Assembly (NCBI GenBank): GCA_051294375.1 | Contig: CM119265.1 | Location: 348,328 to 412,327, forward strand | Length of the DNA stretch: 64,000 nucleotides | Reading direction: 5' to 3' | From: Paraspadella gotoi | Taxonomy: Eukaryota > Animalia > Chaetognatha | In this document: in pieces, positions 1 through 11,185 of the stretch | How positions within the stretch are numbered: position 1 is the first letter of the stretch | Layout of the letters: every line of letters starts with the position of its first letter | The notes under the pieces: model-generated | What the model was told of the DNA's origin: nothing | Seen by the model: only the letters and a program-made list of their open reading frames with translations | Databases searched by the model: none | Position numbers and translations under genes: made by a program

Positions 1-63
1 CCTAACCCCCTAACCCTAACCCTAACCCTAACCCTAACCCTAACCCTAACCCTAAACCCTAAA
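1..63 (+). repeat. Telomeric repeat (CCCTAA)n, tract 1
   Basis: About 10 CCCTAA units at the window start. Confidence 0.95.
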
Positions 64-67
64 CCAC

Positions 68-940
68 CGTAGATTCGAACCCCGATATTATTTTAATCCA
101 CAAGTGTGACACATGCCAGTTAATGGCCATCTCAGATCGATACAGACCTTTTTCTGAACTCATATTTATACTCGAATCGATTTTATAATAATAATAATAA
201 TAATAAAAAGAGGCGATGGACTGGTCTCGAACTCGGGACCTTCGATCCACGAGCGGCGACTCTACCAGCATCGCCACTCAGTCCGATGACATTAGAATGT
301 TAATCTAACTTATATAACTTGTATAACTCATTCGTTATATAATCAGATTGCTCTTTTATTGTTTAGAACAAATGATCATTTATATTTTATTTTAAACATA
401 TGTTTTTACTTTGTTGTTTCCACAAGGTCTGGAAAATCTTTTAATCAGTTTAAACAAAATTATTCACATCGAAAAGACTCGTTAAAATTATTGTTAATCG
501 GTTTTACTACTTCATTATTATTCATTTAATTGCATTTTATTGCTCATATAGATATTGCAATTACTAATTAGTAAATGGAATATCTATATGCTTTGATTAT
601 TTTATTAAGGTTCCATTTTAATCAATAACCAAACAAAGTTGGTTAGTCTTTTTAAAAACATTCAATAAACAAACATCACGCCACGTGCGTCAACGCCAAC
701 GTCAGCGTCACTTCCGGTTTGGGTTAAAAGGCTAATAACTCTATCAAATCCTACCTCTGGTCTTCCCGAGTCACGCCATCCAACTTCATTGACCTCTCGC
801 GACGCCAACGGCCGCGCCAGAAGCGACGCCAACTCGAAGGCCACGCCCACTTTCGTTCGATCGACTCCATTCACTCGCCGATCGACTCATCATCAGGTGC
901 GTCATCTCGTCAACAAAGTGAGTTGTTTACGCCATCTACA
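68..940 (+). repeat. 5' LTR of copy A (left boundary approximate)
   Basis: Starts (C)GTAG after the telomeric tract and ends CTACA immediately before the PBS. Confidence 0.7.
218..285 (-). promoter_or_regulatory. tRNA-like Pol III A/B-box cassette in LTR A
   Basis: Minus strand TGGCGATGCTGGT ... GAGTTCGAGACC with tRNA-like spacing. Confidence 0.6.
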
Positions 941-941
941 T

Positions 942-979
942 TGGTGATCCGCGACGTCGGACTCCCTCAACCTTCTGAT
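942..979 (+). promoter_or_regulatory. PBS (tRNA-Trp type) plus second tRNA-Trp-complementary box, copy A
   Basis: TGGTGATCCGCGACG at 942; CAACCTTCTGAT at 968-979. Confidence 0.75.
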
Positions 980-994
980 AAATCAACTATATCA

Positions 995-3900
995 ATGAGC
1001 GACTCTCGCGAGACGCGACAAGCCGCCCGACAACGCCAGCAAGCAAGCCCTAAACGTGCCCGCTGGATTCGGTCGTGGCCGAAACTCTCGTGAAAACTCG
1101 CCATCGAATCTCGTTAGGCGCCTCGCCGCGCCAATCTTCAACAACCCACCGGCGCAACGGAACCAGAAGTCTTTGCTGACGCCGAGGACAACGATACTGG
1201 CTAACGCCGCCGCCCTGGAGCGAAACGCGGAAGCTCTCCGTCGACCGCCCTCGCCACCGCACCTCGCCGCTCTAGAGAAGAAGAGGAAGCCTGACTTCCT
1301 CACTTCGATCCCAAAAACATCGACGTCTGGCCCGCCGAGTCGAAGCGGTTTATGTTCGATCCAATATTCGCGACGCTAAGGAGAAATTTGCTCACTTAGA
1401 GTCTAAGATGACGTCAATCTTAATCCGCGCGTCAACGCCTTTCTCTACGGCGAGCAAATCGGACAGACGCTGGAACGAGTTCGTCCTCTATCTTCAGAAA
1501 GAGTATGAGCTCCACTCCGCGCCAGCAGGCGGCCGTCTTACTCGATGGCTTTTGGCCGCGACGGCCTCAGACCATCGCAGCACCTCGCACGATTGGAGGA
1601 AAAGATAAAGGCTTAACCATCGATGATCTAAAGAAGGAACGGTCATTAGAGGACTCCCCATTGAAGTCCAACGCCTCCCTCGAGGGAAAAGCCGATTCGT
1701 TGACGGCGCAGAGTTGGCCGATGAGGCGACAAGTTCTTTGATCAAGACGGACGTCTACGACTGGCAGCTCCATCATCGACGATCAACGCGCCACTCTCAA
1801 ACAACTCGTCGACGACGACATAAGCGACAGCGACGACGAGGCAGAGATAAACGCTGTAGGGGGACAGCGCCGCGACCGCAGCCGCCCGTCAAACGGGAAC
1901 TGGAGGTCCAATGCAGCGAAGCCTCCCTCAAGCAGCGCCAGACCGCCAAGTGGCTCGTCAACGAATCCCCGCCCGGCCAATCAAAAGCTTAAGCAAATCT
2001 GCCGCTACCATCTCTAAGTTTGGCGACGCCGCTTTTAAATGCGAGCGCGGTTGTGCCCGCAGAAACAGATTTTATGGAAAGACGACGATTCAAAGCCGGG
2101 AAACGGAACAGCGGGCCCGCGCAGGTGAACGCGGTGCCCCGCTCAGACGACGACTCACCCGACTTTTCCTTCTTCCGTCGTAGACGCCAGTGACGGTCGT
2201 CAGCTGGCTAGTGGATGGTGGAGCTCTGCTTTCCCTCATCCTCCGACGCCGGAGCAGAGAGCGGCGGGTCCAACTGGAGCACAATTACAACGGGCCAAGC
2301 CGGTAAGTCCAATAGCATGTTACGGCATAGCCCTCGACGCATTACGCTCGGCCCAAGAATATTTCCTTTCGATGTACTAATAGCCGATGTTACTCAAAGC
2401 ATTCTTGGGCCGACTTTGCTCGCGAATATTTATCTCGCCCCGAATCAACCGCGATGGCTTATTGTTGGACTTAAAAGGACTACTCGACCATTCCGTGCGC
2501 AGTTACACCGCGCAAAGCTTCCGTCACAGATCAACTTCGTCGATCAAAAGGAGAACGTATCTACCAACTCCTCGACAAATACCCATCGCTCTCCAAACCA
2601 AGTTTTGAGCTGAAGGAGCCTAAACATGGAGTTCGGCACCATATTCCCAACAGAGGGCCGCCCATGTCAAGCACGAGCTCGGCGCCTCGATCCGAGAAGC
2701 TGGCTGTGGCCAAAGCTGAATTGGAGAGATGGTGGCGCTTGGCATTGCCAAACGTTCCAAGAGCGCCTGGTCGTCACCCATCCTGTGTGCTACCCAAGTC
2801 AGACGGCGGCTGGAGAGTCTGTGGCGACTTTCGACGCCTCAACTCCAGTGACTAAAGACGACAAGTACCCGGTGAAGTTATTAGCAGACTTCAACGCCCA
2901 ACTCGCCGGGAAAAAGAGTCTTTTCAAAAGTCGACTTACTGAAGGGATACCACCAATCCCAGTGGCGGACGAGGATGTGGTAAAACGGCCGTAATCACGC
3001 CCTTCGGCCTGTTCGTCTTCCTGAGAACCCCGTTCCGACCTTAAAACGCCGGACAGGATTTCAGCGAATGATGGACGAATCCTGGGCGACGTCCCCCACA
3101 CTTACGTGTATCTGGACGACATCCTCGATCGCCAGCGAGACGACGAGGAACAGCACGTGCTGACCTCGAACAGGTCTTCAAGGCCCTCTCGAGCAACCGG
3201 GCTCGTCGTAAACAGAAGAAGTGCGAGTTGGGGAAAAATCACTCGAGTTCCTCGGCTACCTGGTGGACGCGTCAGGCGTCAAGCCTCTTCCCAAGAAGGT
3301 CGACGCAATCCGCGCCACCAATCCGCCAACGACGATTAAGGAGCTCCAGCGGTTCTTGGAATGGTGAACTACTATCGCCGTTTCCTTCCAAGGGCCGCCC
3401 ACCAACGCCGCACGCCCTCTACGACGCATTAGCCGGCAGCCCAAGCAGCCTTATGTACTGAATGGGCTGTGTATATAGGCTTCAACGCAGTGAAGAGGCC
3501 CTGGCGAACGCGCGCTTTGCTCCGTCACCTCCGAACACGCCCAGCTTTCTCTATACGACCGCGCTTCCGACATCGGGCCGTCGGCGCGTCCTTGAGCGCG
3601 CAGCGGCCGATGGATGGGAACCCGACATGCCTTCTTTTCGGCCAAGTTAGACGAGGCTCAGCGAAGATGGCCCGCCCGTTCATCGGGAGCTCTATGGCGC
3701 ATTTAGACAGTGCGTCATTTTCGACATTGGCTGGAGGGTCGGACGGCTTTTAGCTGTTTTATACCGACCACCAGTCATTATTCACGCTCTCACAAACTTG
3801 TTCCGGAACCCCCAAACTACTCGGCATAATTTCAGTTATCCGTGATCTCCGAGTTTCACGCCGCGACATCGACGACACGTGGGCGTGGAAAGGCCAATGT

Positions 3901-5170
3901 GGTGGCCGATGCCCTCTCCAGGCCAACCCACCTGCCTTCAATCGCCTCCGTCGACAAACCAAAAGTCTCCGACGAAAAAAGTCGAAGACCTCAATCGGGC
4001 ACTATCAACGCGATTGGGCAGGAAGGAATCGACCTTCAAGAGATGGCTCGCCACCAGGCCCTCGACAGAGACTAGCCAACGCCTCACTAAGGACGCAACG
4101 AACTGGGCTGAGCTTCAGAAAAATTAAACTCGGCGACCAAGAATCTACTCGTTGACGTTTCGATACGGCCCCGCCCGCCGCCTTCGTCCAGAATCATGGC
4201 GCCCGTCGAATCTTCGACGTCCGTTCATGCCTGGGCCATCCGGCGTCGCTAGGACACAGGGAAACAATATCCTCTAAATTCGTCTGGCCATCAATCCGAG
4301 CGGATAGCGACACGCTGGGCGAGAGAGTGCATCCTTGCCAGGCAGGCGAAGGTGACTCGCCACGTCACGCCCAATATCCGGCGATTCAACTCCCTGCTCG
4401 CGCTTTCAACATCTGAATGGTAGATATAACGATCATGCCAGCGTCAAACGGCTTCGGCTATCTCCTCACTGTCGTAGATCGTTTTTACCAGATGGCCGAC
4501 GCGCTACCCATGAAGAACATGGCTTCGACCACCGTGGTCGACACCCTCGTCCCGGATGGATTGCGACATTTGGAGTGCCCTCAGACATCACTACAGACAG
4601 AGGCGCCCATTTAGTTCGTCAACATGACCAGCTCGCGCAAATATGGGCATCCACCACCATCAACTGCAGCGTATCATCCACAAGCGAACGGGCTTGTGGA
4701 GCGCTTTCACCGGCGACTCAAGGAGGCGCTAATCGCCTAGCGGCAGAAGACCCTCACCAATGGTTCTGGCGTCTCCCTCGGCCTTACTCGCCATCCGGAC
4801 GACCATAAAGCCCGACATCGGCGCATCTCCGGCCGATTCGTTTTTGGAGAAGGTCCACCGTCCCTGGCGCCTACTTCTCCAGCTCCACGGACGATCAACC
4901 TTCGGCAAAGCGTCGTATCGTTGCGAAATAATTTACGCGTCGAATAGAACGTTAAACCTACCGAAACGGTCTACGCATCGCCGCCAACGTGTATCTCCCG
5001 ATTCGCTCGTCCAGCCACCACGTATTCGTACACGCCCGGCGTCATAACCGCCCCCACAGCGCCTTACCAGGGGCCATTCCGCGTTCATCTCGCGGATAAA
5101 TTTGAACTTCGTACGATTCCTGGGTCGAGGCGTCGAGACGGTAGCGATCGCCAGAATCAACCAGCGACAA
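995..5170 (+). pseudogene. Frameshifted gag-pol of copy A
   Basis: Homologous to the intact copies but broken into many short ORFs; slippery GGGAAAC at 2098-2104. Confidence 0.8.
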
Positions 5171-5521
5171 TATGGAGAGTTCGACGGCTACATCCCCCGC
5201 TGTTGGAATATAAGGGACTTAAATATTTCAAAAATACTTCGTTGTCGTCTAACGTGTGATTGAAAAGTATGATGATAAATCTTAAAATATTACTATAAAA
5301 AGGGGTTTTAAAATTGACGATCTGATTCACTTGACCGACTTTTCTTCTGACGCGGATCAATAAGCAATAATAATCAATTCGTACGAGTACGAAAAAATGT
5401 ACAAAAATTCAAAAATGTTGTAAAATTCAAAACAAAGAAATATAGGCCATAATACTGGGTAATTACAAATAATATGCGACTGTTGTAGCGCACCGCGCTG
5501 GGTGACGCTTGGCGGAAGAAA

Positions 5522-8500
5522 CTAAAGACCGGTTGCAACAGTCGATCTAGGCTTAGGCCTAACAGCGGGGATTTTGTTTTCTGTTTTTGTATCGTTGTTG
5601 TTTTTTGTTTCTGTATTATTGTTTTTGTTGTTGTTCTCCCCCGCTTGGCGTTTTATCAACTCTTTTAGAACTATAGCATAAGTTGGGCGATAAGGCTTGT
5701 TAGAAAAATTTTCAGGTGTTGGCCTAGAAAACCTACACGTTGGCTCATTTCTCAGGTTTTCTTTATCGCTCGGTTGAGATTGTTCTTTTGGGGAATGAGT
5801 TGAATTGCTTGTCGGCCGATTTGGAGGTGTTGCAGGTGGTCCAGGTTCCTGAAATGATGGGGATGGGTCGGGGGGGGGATGGGGTAGAGGGGAGGAGGGT
5901 GAAGGAGGCGGAGGAGACATCGACGGAGAAGGAGAGGCCGCTCTCAGGTGCTGCCTATGAGTAGTCGATGAATCTGAAACCCGGTTTTTCGATCGAGTAG
6001 TCCTTGAAGTTGGAACCGGGTTTCTCGTTCTTGGTCCTGGTCGTCGGCCTGGTGGTCTCTCTTCGCGCGGTTCTGGGTCATCGATTTGCCTGTCGTCTTC
6101 GCTGACCCAGGCTGGCTTGACCCTGGCGATGTTGACCGTTTCATGACCTTTGCTGGGGATGTCGATCGTCATGTTGAGGTTATTGCGATGCACTACCCGA
6201 TAGGGACCTTCATAGGGAGGAACAAGAGGAGGGTTAACGCCGGCTCTTCTAATAAATACATACTTGGCTGTATTTAAGTTTGATGGGATGTGTATCGCCG
6301 GTTGACGATGAGCCGATGTCTGCGTGGGTTGAAGTCGTGCCACTTCGACCCTTAGTTTCGATAGCTGCGATCTTCTTTGTCGATTGAGATTTTCGTCGTT
6401 GACTTGGGCGTCACCTAGCATAGAGCCTGGGACGCCAATCCCTTCGCCGAAGACCAGATCAGCTGCTGACGCTCCTATGTCTTCCTTCACAGTTGTTCTG
6501 ATTGCAAGCAGCGTGAGGGGCAATCTCCAGAACCAATTTTCTTTTTCATCATTTGCTAATGCCATTAGGGACTCCTTTAGTCTTCGATGAAATCTCTCTA
6601 CCATCCCGTTGGCCTGTGGATGGTATGCTGTTGTTGTTTGGTTCTTGATTCCCCATGTTTTGGTCAGCTGCTGCCACAGATTTGAGGTAAACTGGCTACC
6701 TCTGTCGGTTGTGATTACAGATGGTGTCCCAAAGATGCTAATCCAGTTTAGACTTAGTGCATCTAGAATTGTTGGAGTCAATGTATTTTGCAGAGGTATG
6801 GCGGCAGGCCAGCGTGAAAATCTATCGACTATTGTCAATAGATATGAGAATCCGTTTGACCTGGGCATTTTGACGAGGTCAATGTTTAGATGCTGGAACC
6901 TTCGCGCTGGGACGTTGAACTCGCCTATTTCTGGGACGGTGTGCTTGGAGACTTTGGCGCGCTGACAATCTAGACAGTCTCGAGCCCAACGCGACACATC
7001 TTGGCGCATCCCTGTCCACACAAACTTGGCGGCGACGGCTTTTCGCGTGGCTTCGACTCCTGGGTGGCCGAGGCCGTGAATAACGTCGAAAATTTTGCGC
7101 CTCCATGACTTGGGAACGAATGGGCGCGCTGGTCCGTTGGAGATGTCTGCGAGTAGTTCCTGGTTACCAACCCTGATCTTGCGAAATGTGAGACCAGTCC
7201 TGGCGTCGTCGGCGAGCTTCTGGAAGTCGGGATCTAAGGCCTGCTCTTGAGCCATTTGCTCAAAGTCGACTTCGAAGTTTGTCAATGACGCTATGACGGC
7301 GTTGACGTCGTCGAGGCGGTCCTGCTTGATAGGGCGGTCCTCCTGACTCTCGACTGGTTGCTCGTTTTCTGCAGGAGTTGCTGGAGTCGTTGTAGGCCGT
7401 TTGCTCTTGGTGATCGGAATTGTTTTTGTTGACGCTGTCTCGCTGGTAGTCTTGTTGTCGTTGACGCCGGCGCTGACGCTTGTTGCAGCTGGTGGCGGGG
7501 CGTTAGGGCGAGACAGGGCGTCTGCCACTACATTGGCTTTACCCTTCAAATATCTGACGTCTGTGGTGAATTCGGCGATTGCCGATAACTGGTAAGACTG
7601 TCTTACTGTCTGGGGTTCCGATTTTTTTCGAATCGCCGATACGAGACTCTGATGATCTGTATAAAGGGTGAAGGCCCTGCCTTCCACCCAGTGGCGAAAA
7701 TGTCGTACGGCTCGAAACGCTCCGAAAAGCTCTCGGTCAAAAGGTGGCCATAGCTTTTGGTTTTTAGCCAACTTTGCCGAGAAAAAGGCTAAAGGTTCCC
7801 AACCTTTTGGGCCTCTCTGTTCAAGTACAGCGCCCACCGCATGATCCGAAGCGTCGGTTGTGATACAAAGCTGCGCTCCAGTGCGGGGGTGGTGGAGTAG
7901 GGCTGCAGAAATGAGTCCTTCCTTTATTGCTTCAAAGGCTGTCTCGCAGTCGTTTGTCCACACTAAGGCTTTGGGCTTGCCGCTCAGTGCTTCGTATAAA
8001 GGTGCGCATCGGTGGGCCACCTTTGGTATGAAGCGCCTGTAATAGTTTATCATGCCAAGGAATCTCTGCAATTCCTTGACAGATGTTGGCCTTGTCGTTT
8101 CCTGGAGGGTCTGGACTCTGGCGGGAAGTGGACGGACGCCATGCTTGTCGACGAGAAAGCCAAGAAATTCTAACGATTCTTGGCCTAACAAGCATTTTTT
8201 GGTGTTCACCACCAAACCGTTTTCGTCGAGCGCTTTAAAGACGCGTTCCAGGTCCTGTAGATGCTCCTCCGGCGAAGAGGATGCCACCAAAATGTCGTCC
8301 AGATAGACGAACGTGTGGGGGACGTCGCCCAAGATTTCGTCCATTAGCCGTTGAAAATCTTGACCGGCGTTCTTCAAGCCGAATGGGCAGCGTGGGAACA
8401 CGTAGAGCCCAAACGGCGTGATGACGGCGGTCTTCTTCACGTCTGCCGGATTTACCGGGATTTGGTGGTATCCCTTGAGTAAGTCAATTTTCGAGAAAAT

Positions 8501-9373
8501 TGACTTACCTTCGAGTTGCGCATTGAAGTCGGAGAGTAGTTTGACCGGATAGCGGTCGTCGACGGTCTGGGCATTTAAACGGCGGTAGTCGCCACAGCAC
8601 CGCCAACCTCCATCCGGTTTAGAGACGACGTGTAAAGGGGAAGACCATTCGGACTTGCCCCTCTTGGCCACTCCGAGTGCCACCATCTTCTCCAGTTCTC
8701 TCTTCGCAACCGCAAGCTTTTCTGGATCCAGTCGACGGGCTCGTGCCTGGCAGGGTCTGCCCTCCGTCGGGATCGAGTGGGTTACACCATGACGAGGCTC
8801 TTTTATCTCGAAAGTCGGTGTTGAGAGCGAGGGGAAAGATTCGAGCAACTTGTAGTATTTTTCCCCCTTTCTGTCGACAAAGTTGACGTGAAGTGCAGTC
8901 TCCTTGGAGGTAGATCCTGCAATTGTCGAAAAGTTTTGGAGGTCAATAAGAAGGCCGTCTCTGTGATTCGGTGCTAAATAATTGTCCGCTAAAAAGTCTG
9001 CGCCTAAGATATTTTGCTTGACGTCCGCCACGACGAAGCAATAGTTGAACTTTCTATTTCCTAATTGCACAGTCTTTTCCACTGTTCCATAACACGAGAT
9101 TGGCGAGCCGTTTGCTGCCTGTAATTTCATTAACGGATCGGCGCCTTTACTACGTTGTTGTGGAGTGGGCGGGATAATAGACAAGAGAGCGCCTCCATCT
9201 ACTAGCCACCTCGTTCTATCCCCGGCGTCCCTTATGAAGATGAGGTCGTTCGACGCCGGTGATGTTGAAGAATCTTGGGGGACGGCGTTCACCGTCGACG
9301 GCCCCCTCGAGAGTTTAAATCTTTCTTCTTTTGAACGTCGTTGAATCGCGCGCATCCGGGGTCGCACGACCAT
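5522..9373 (-). CDS. pol: Pol polyprotein (PR-RT-RNaseH-IN) of copy B, probably entered by -1 frameshift near 9314-9320
   Basis: 1283-aa ORF with WLVDGGA, CGDYRRLN, YLDD, ADALSR, HHCC zinc finger, DDE ([13 protein letters not shown]) and PYEGPY. Confidence 0.95.
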   Translation of the reverse strand: MVVRPRMRAIQRRSKEERFKLSRGPSTVNAVPQDSSTSPASNDLIFIRDAGDRTRWLVDGGALLSIIPPTPQQRSKGADPLMKLQAANGSPISCYGTVEKTVQLGNRKFNYCFVVADVKQNILGADFLADNYLAPNHRDGLLIDLQNFSTIAGSTSKETALHVNFVDRKGEKYYKLLESFPSLSTPTFEIKEPRHGVTHSIPTEGRPCQARARRLDPEKLAVAKRELEKMVALGVAKRGKSEWSSPLHVVSKPDGGWRCCGDYRRLNAQTVDDRYPVKLLSDFNAQLEGKSIFSKIDLLKGYHQIPVNPADVKKTAVITPFGLYVFPRCPFGLKNAGQDFQRLMDEILGDVPHTFVYLDDILVASSSPEEHLQDLERVFKALDENGLVVNTKKCLLGQESLEFLGFLVDKHGVRPLPARVQTLQETTRPTSVKELQRFLGMINYYRRFIPKVAHRCAPLYEALSGKPKALVWTNDCETAFEAIKEGLISAALLHHPRTGAQLCITTDASDHAVGAVLEQRGPKGWEPLAFFSAKLAKNQKLWPPFDRELFGAFRAVRHFRHWVEGRAFTLYTDHQSLVSAIRKKSEPQTVRQSYQLSAIAEFTTDVRYLKGKANVVADALSRPNAPPPAATSVSAGVNDNKTTSETASTKTIPITKSKRPTTTPATPAENEQPVESQEDRPIKQDRLDDVNAVIASLTNFEVDFEQMAQEQALDPDFQKLADDARTGLTFRKIRVGNQELLADISNGPARPFVPKSWRRKIFDVIHGLGHPGVEATRKAVAAKFVWTGMRQDVSRWARDCLDCQRAKVSKHTVPEIGEFNVPARRFQHLNIDLVKMPRSNGFSYLLTIVDRFSRWPAAIPLQNTLTPTILDALSLNWISIFGTPSVITTDRGSQFTSNLWQQLTKTWGIKNQTTTAYHPQANGMVERFHRRLKESLMALANDEKENWFWRLPLTLLAIRTTVKEDIGASAADLVFGEGIGVPGSMLGDAQVNDENLNRQRRSQLSKLRVEVARLQPTQTSAHRQPAIHIPSNLNTAKYVFIRRAGVNPPLVPPYEGPYRVVHRNNLNMTIDIPSKGHETVNIARVKPAWVSEDDRQIDDPEPREERPPGRRPGPRTRNPVPTSRTTRSKNRVSDSSTTHRQHLRAASPSPSMSPPPPSPSSPLPHPPPDPSPSFQEPGPPATPPNRPTSNSTHSPKEQSQPSDKENLRNEPTCRFSRPTPENFSNKPYRPTYAIVLKELIKRQAGENNNKNNNTETKNNNDTKTENKIPAVRPKPRSTVATGL

Positions 9374-10350
9374 GCGTCGTCCCCAAATTTAATGTGTTTG
9401 GCACACAACGTGGTCAGTTTCCCTTTGGTCTTAACCTTCTGATGCGGAGTAGGTCGTCGTTTGGCGCCAGTGGATCGACGTGGGCGATTGTCGACGGAGT
9501 TGATGGCGTCTTCCTCTTCAGAATCGCTTTCTATCTGCTGATGACGCTCTTTGTCCACGTGGCTCACTAGCGATGTTGCCTGGCGCAGCTTCACGTTACC
9601 GTCACTATCGAAGTGGCGGTCGGCGAGTTGGCAGAGGTCGTGGGCGCTGAGGTCATCCGCCTTCTCCTCGAGTTGGCGGCGAATTTCGAGAGGGATTTCG
9701 CGCAATATTTTTTCCTTTCGGATGTCGTCGAGCGTAAGAGTTTTTGTCTTTTCCTCCAGTTGTGCAAGCATTTTGGAGGGCTTTGCAGTGTCGACGTCGA
9801 GGGCGTCGAGGATATGTGCTGCTTGTTGGCGACGAGTTAATCCGTATTCTTTCCTGAGATACGCAATAAACTGTCGCCACGCCTCCTCTGAAGGTTCTCC
9901 GAATAAAAATTTGTTGATCGTGGGATCGACGCCAATTGCAATCTTCGATTCGAGATGCGCAAACTTGGTCTTCGGTGCTGTGATGCCCGCTCTGGTGTAA
10001 GCGGCTTCAGTCCTCTTAATCCATATTTCGATGTTAGCTACATCGAAGTCGGGCAAGTCCGGTTTTCTGTTTGACGCCCTTTCCAGCGCTCGAGTGGCCG
10101 CGGCGAGCGCCGCGCGAAGCTCGTCATTTTCGTCCTGTAGGCCTCGCGAAGGGGCGTCGGCCGTTGCCATGCTGTCGCTTCCGGTATTAGCGCCTCGAAA
10201 GTTGAATTCAGGCGCGGCGTCGGTGAATGCCGGAGACGGTGAGCGTGAGCGGAGGCCGGCGCCGAAGCTGAAGGGCAATTCGAGTCTTGTCGAGTCGCTG
10301 GCGTCGCGCTGGGCAGAGCGGAGTCGGGACCGAAGGTCTGAGCCACTCAT
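9289..10350 (-). CDS. gag: Gag of copy B (CsRn1-like, CHCC knuckle)
   Basis: LPDFD..NIEIW capsid-like start; C-x2-H-x9-C-x3-C (CAKHIKFGDDAWSCDPGC); overlaps pol in the -1 frame. Confidence 0.9.
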   Translation of the reverse strand: MSGSDLRSRLRSAQRDASDSTRLELPFSFGAGLRSRSPSPAFTDAAPEFNFRGANTGSDSMATADAPSRGLQDENDELRAALAAATRALERASNRKPDLPDFDVANIEIWIKRTEAAYTRAGITAPKTKFAHLESKIAIGVDPTINKFLFGEPSEEAWRQFIAYLRKEYGLTRRQQAAHILDALDVDTAKPSKMLAQLEEKTKTLTLDDIRKEKILREIPLEIRRQLEEKADDLSAHDLCQLADRHFDSDGNVKLRQATSLVSHVDKERHQQIESDSEEEDAINSVDNRPRRSTGAKRRPTPHQKVKTKGKLTTLCAKHIKFGDDAWSCDPGCARFNDVQKKKDLNSRGGRRR

Positions 10351-10536
10351 TGATTTCGTTTTGGCTCCGTTGGGCCGTCGGGGAACGTTTGCAATAAATA
10401 GAAAGGGCAAGCGTGAGCGGAACGGGCTATTAGCTTAATTCCCAATCTCTTCACCCGTTCTTACCTGGAAAACGGTGATCTTTAGCTGGTTCCCCTGTTT
10501 TTGAAGTTGGAAGCGTCCTTCGTCGAGCTCACCATG

Positions 10537-11185
10537 TGTGGCAAGTACATAAGTAGACGCCACAGTTGACGAAGACTTGGCAGCGTCAGCGTCACGTGAC
10601 TAAAGCATTGGCGCCACGAATATGAGGATGGCGTTCGATGTTGCAGGGAAAACGGGCCGAGTTAAGATTCGTTTTAATCGTTTTAAATTTAATGTTTCAT
10701 GAGTTTATAGAGATTAATCGATGAGATTAATTCAGTTAATTCGATGAGATTAATTGATGACATTAATCGAGTAAAAACATTATTTGAGATTCACGAGTTT
10801 TTCTCCAATATATCAAAATGTATTTTCTTACATTAAATATTGAGAATTAAAAACGATTTTGAGTCAGAAAACGAAAATAATGTATTCTTCATGAAAGCAA
10901 AACAAGACTGAAAACAATCTGTTTTTCAGATTTGAAAGTAAACGTCGTCGAACAAAAGGTTTAAGAAACAAACGCCATCTTGTTTTATCAGAGCAATTGA
11001 AAACGGTTGAAACAAAACAAAAGATGAATCGAGTTAAAATCATTAATCAAGATTTGAGTTCAGAATTTTAAGCCGCCCGGATGGCAGTGGGCACTTAGCC
11101 AGGCGTCCCGGACTCTCGATACCGGGTTCGATTCCCGGAGCGGATTGATGATTTATAAAATAAATACTCTTCGTTCGACGGCTAC
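10537..11185 (-). repeat. 5' LTR of copy B
   Basis: Lies between the PBS and a telomeric tract; its terminus matches the 3' LTR remnant. Confidence 0.85.
11073..11143 (+). promoter_or_regulatory. tRNA-like cassette in LTR B
   Basis: TGGCAGTGG A-box-like; T-arm CCGGG-TTCGATT-CCCGG; CCGC/GCGG acceptor-like pairing. Confidence 0.7.

Larger units (their letters stand above)
68..5178 (+). mobile_element. Gypsy LTR retrotransposon copy A, degraded or error-rich, 3'-truncated; the only plus-strand copy
   Basis: LTR-like region ends CTACA (940), then PBS TGGTGATCC(G)CGACG. Fragments of gag, PR (LVDGGAL), RT ([15 protein letters not shown]), RNase H ([12 protein letters not shown]) and IN (TTDRG, PYQGPF) lie in shifting frames. 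Confidence 0.9.
5179..11185 (-). mobile_element. Gypsy LTR retrotransposon copy B (intact ORFs; 3' LTR reduced to ~14 nt)
   Basis: GTTCGACGGCTACA at 5179-5192 matches the LTR end at ~11173-11185; PPT 5193-5198; PBS 10521-10534; 5' LTR 10537-11185. Confidence 0.95.

Noticed and set aside
5200-5520. env or third ORF between pol and the 3' LTR
   Set aside because: 3' UTRs are only 250-450 bp, AT-rich and without a conserved ORF
5700-5740. Canonical F/YxLxP TRFH-docking motif in the IN tail
   Set aside because: The conserved FS(R/K)PTP does not match that consensus, so it is reported only as an unassigned motif
11073-11143. LTR tRNA-like RNA acting as the element's own primer
   Set aside because: Its 3' end is not complementary to the element PBS, which fits tRNA-Trp instead
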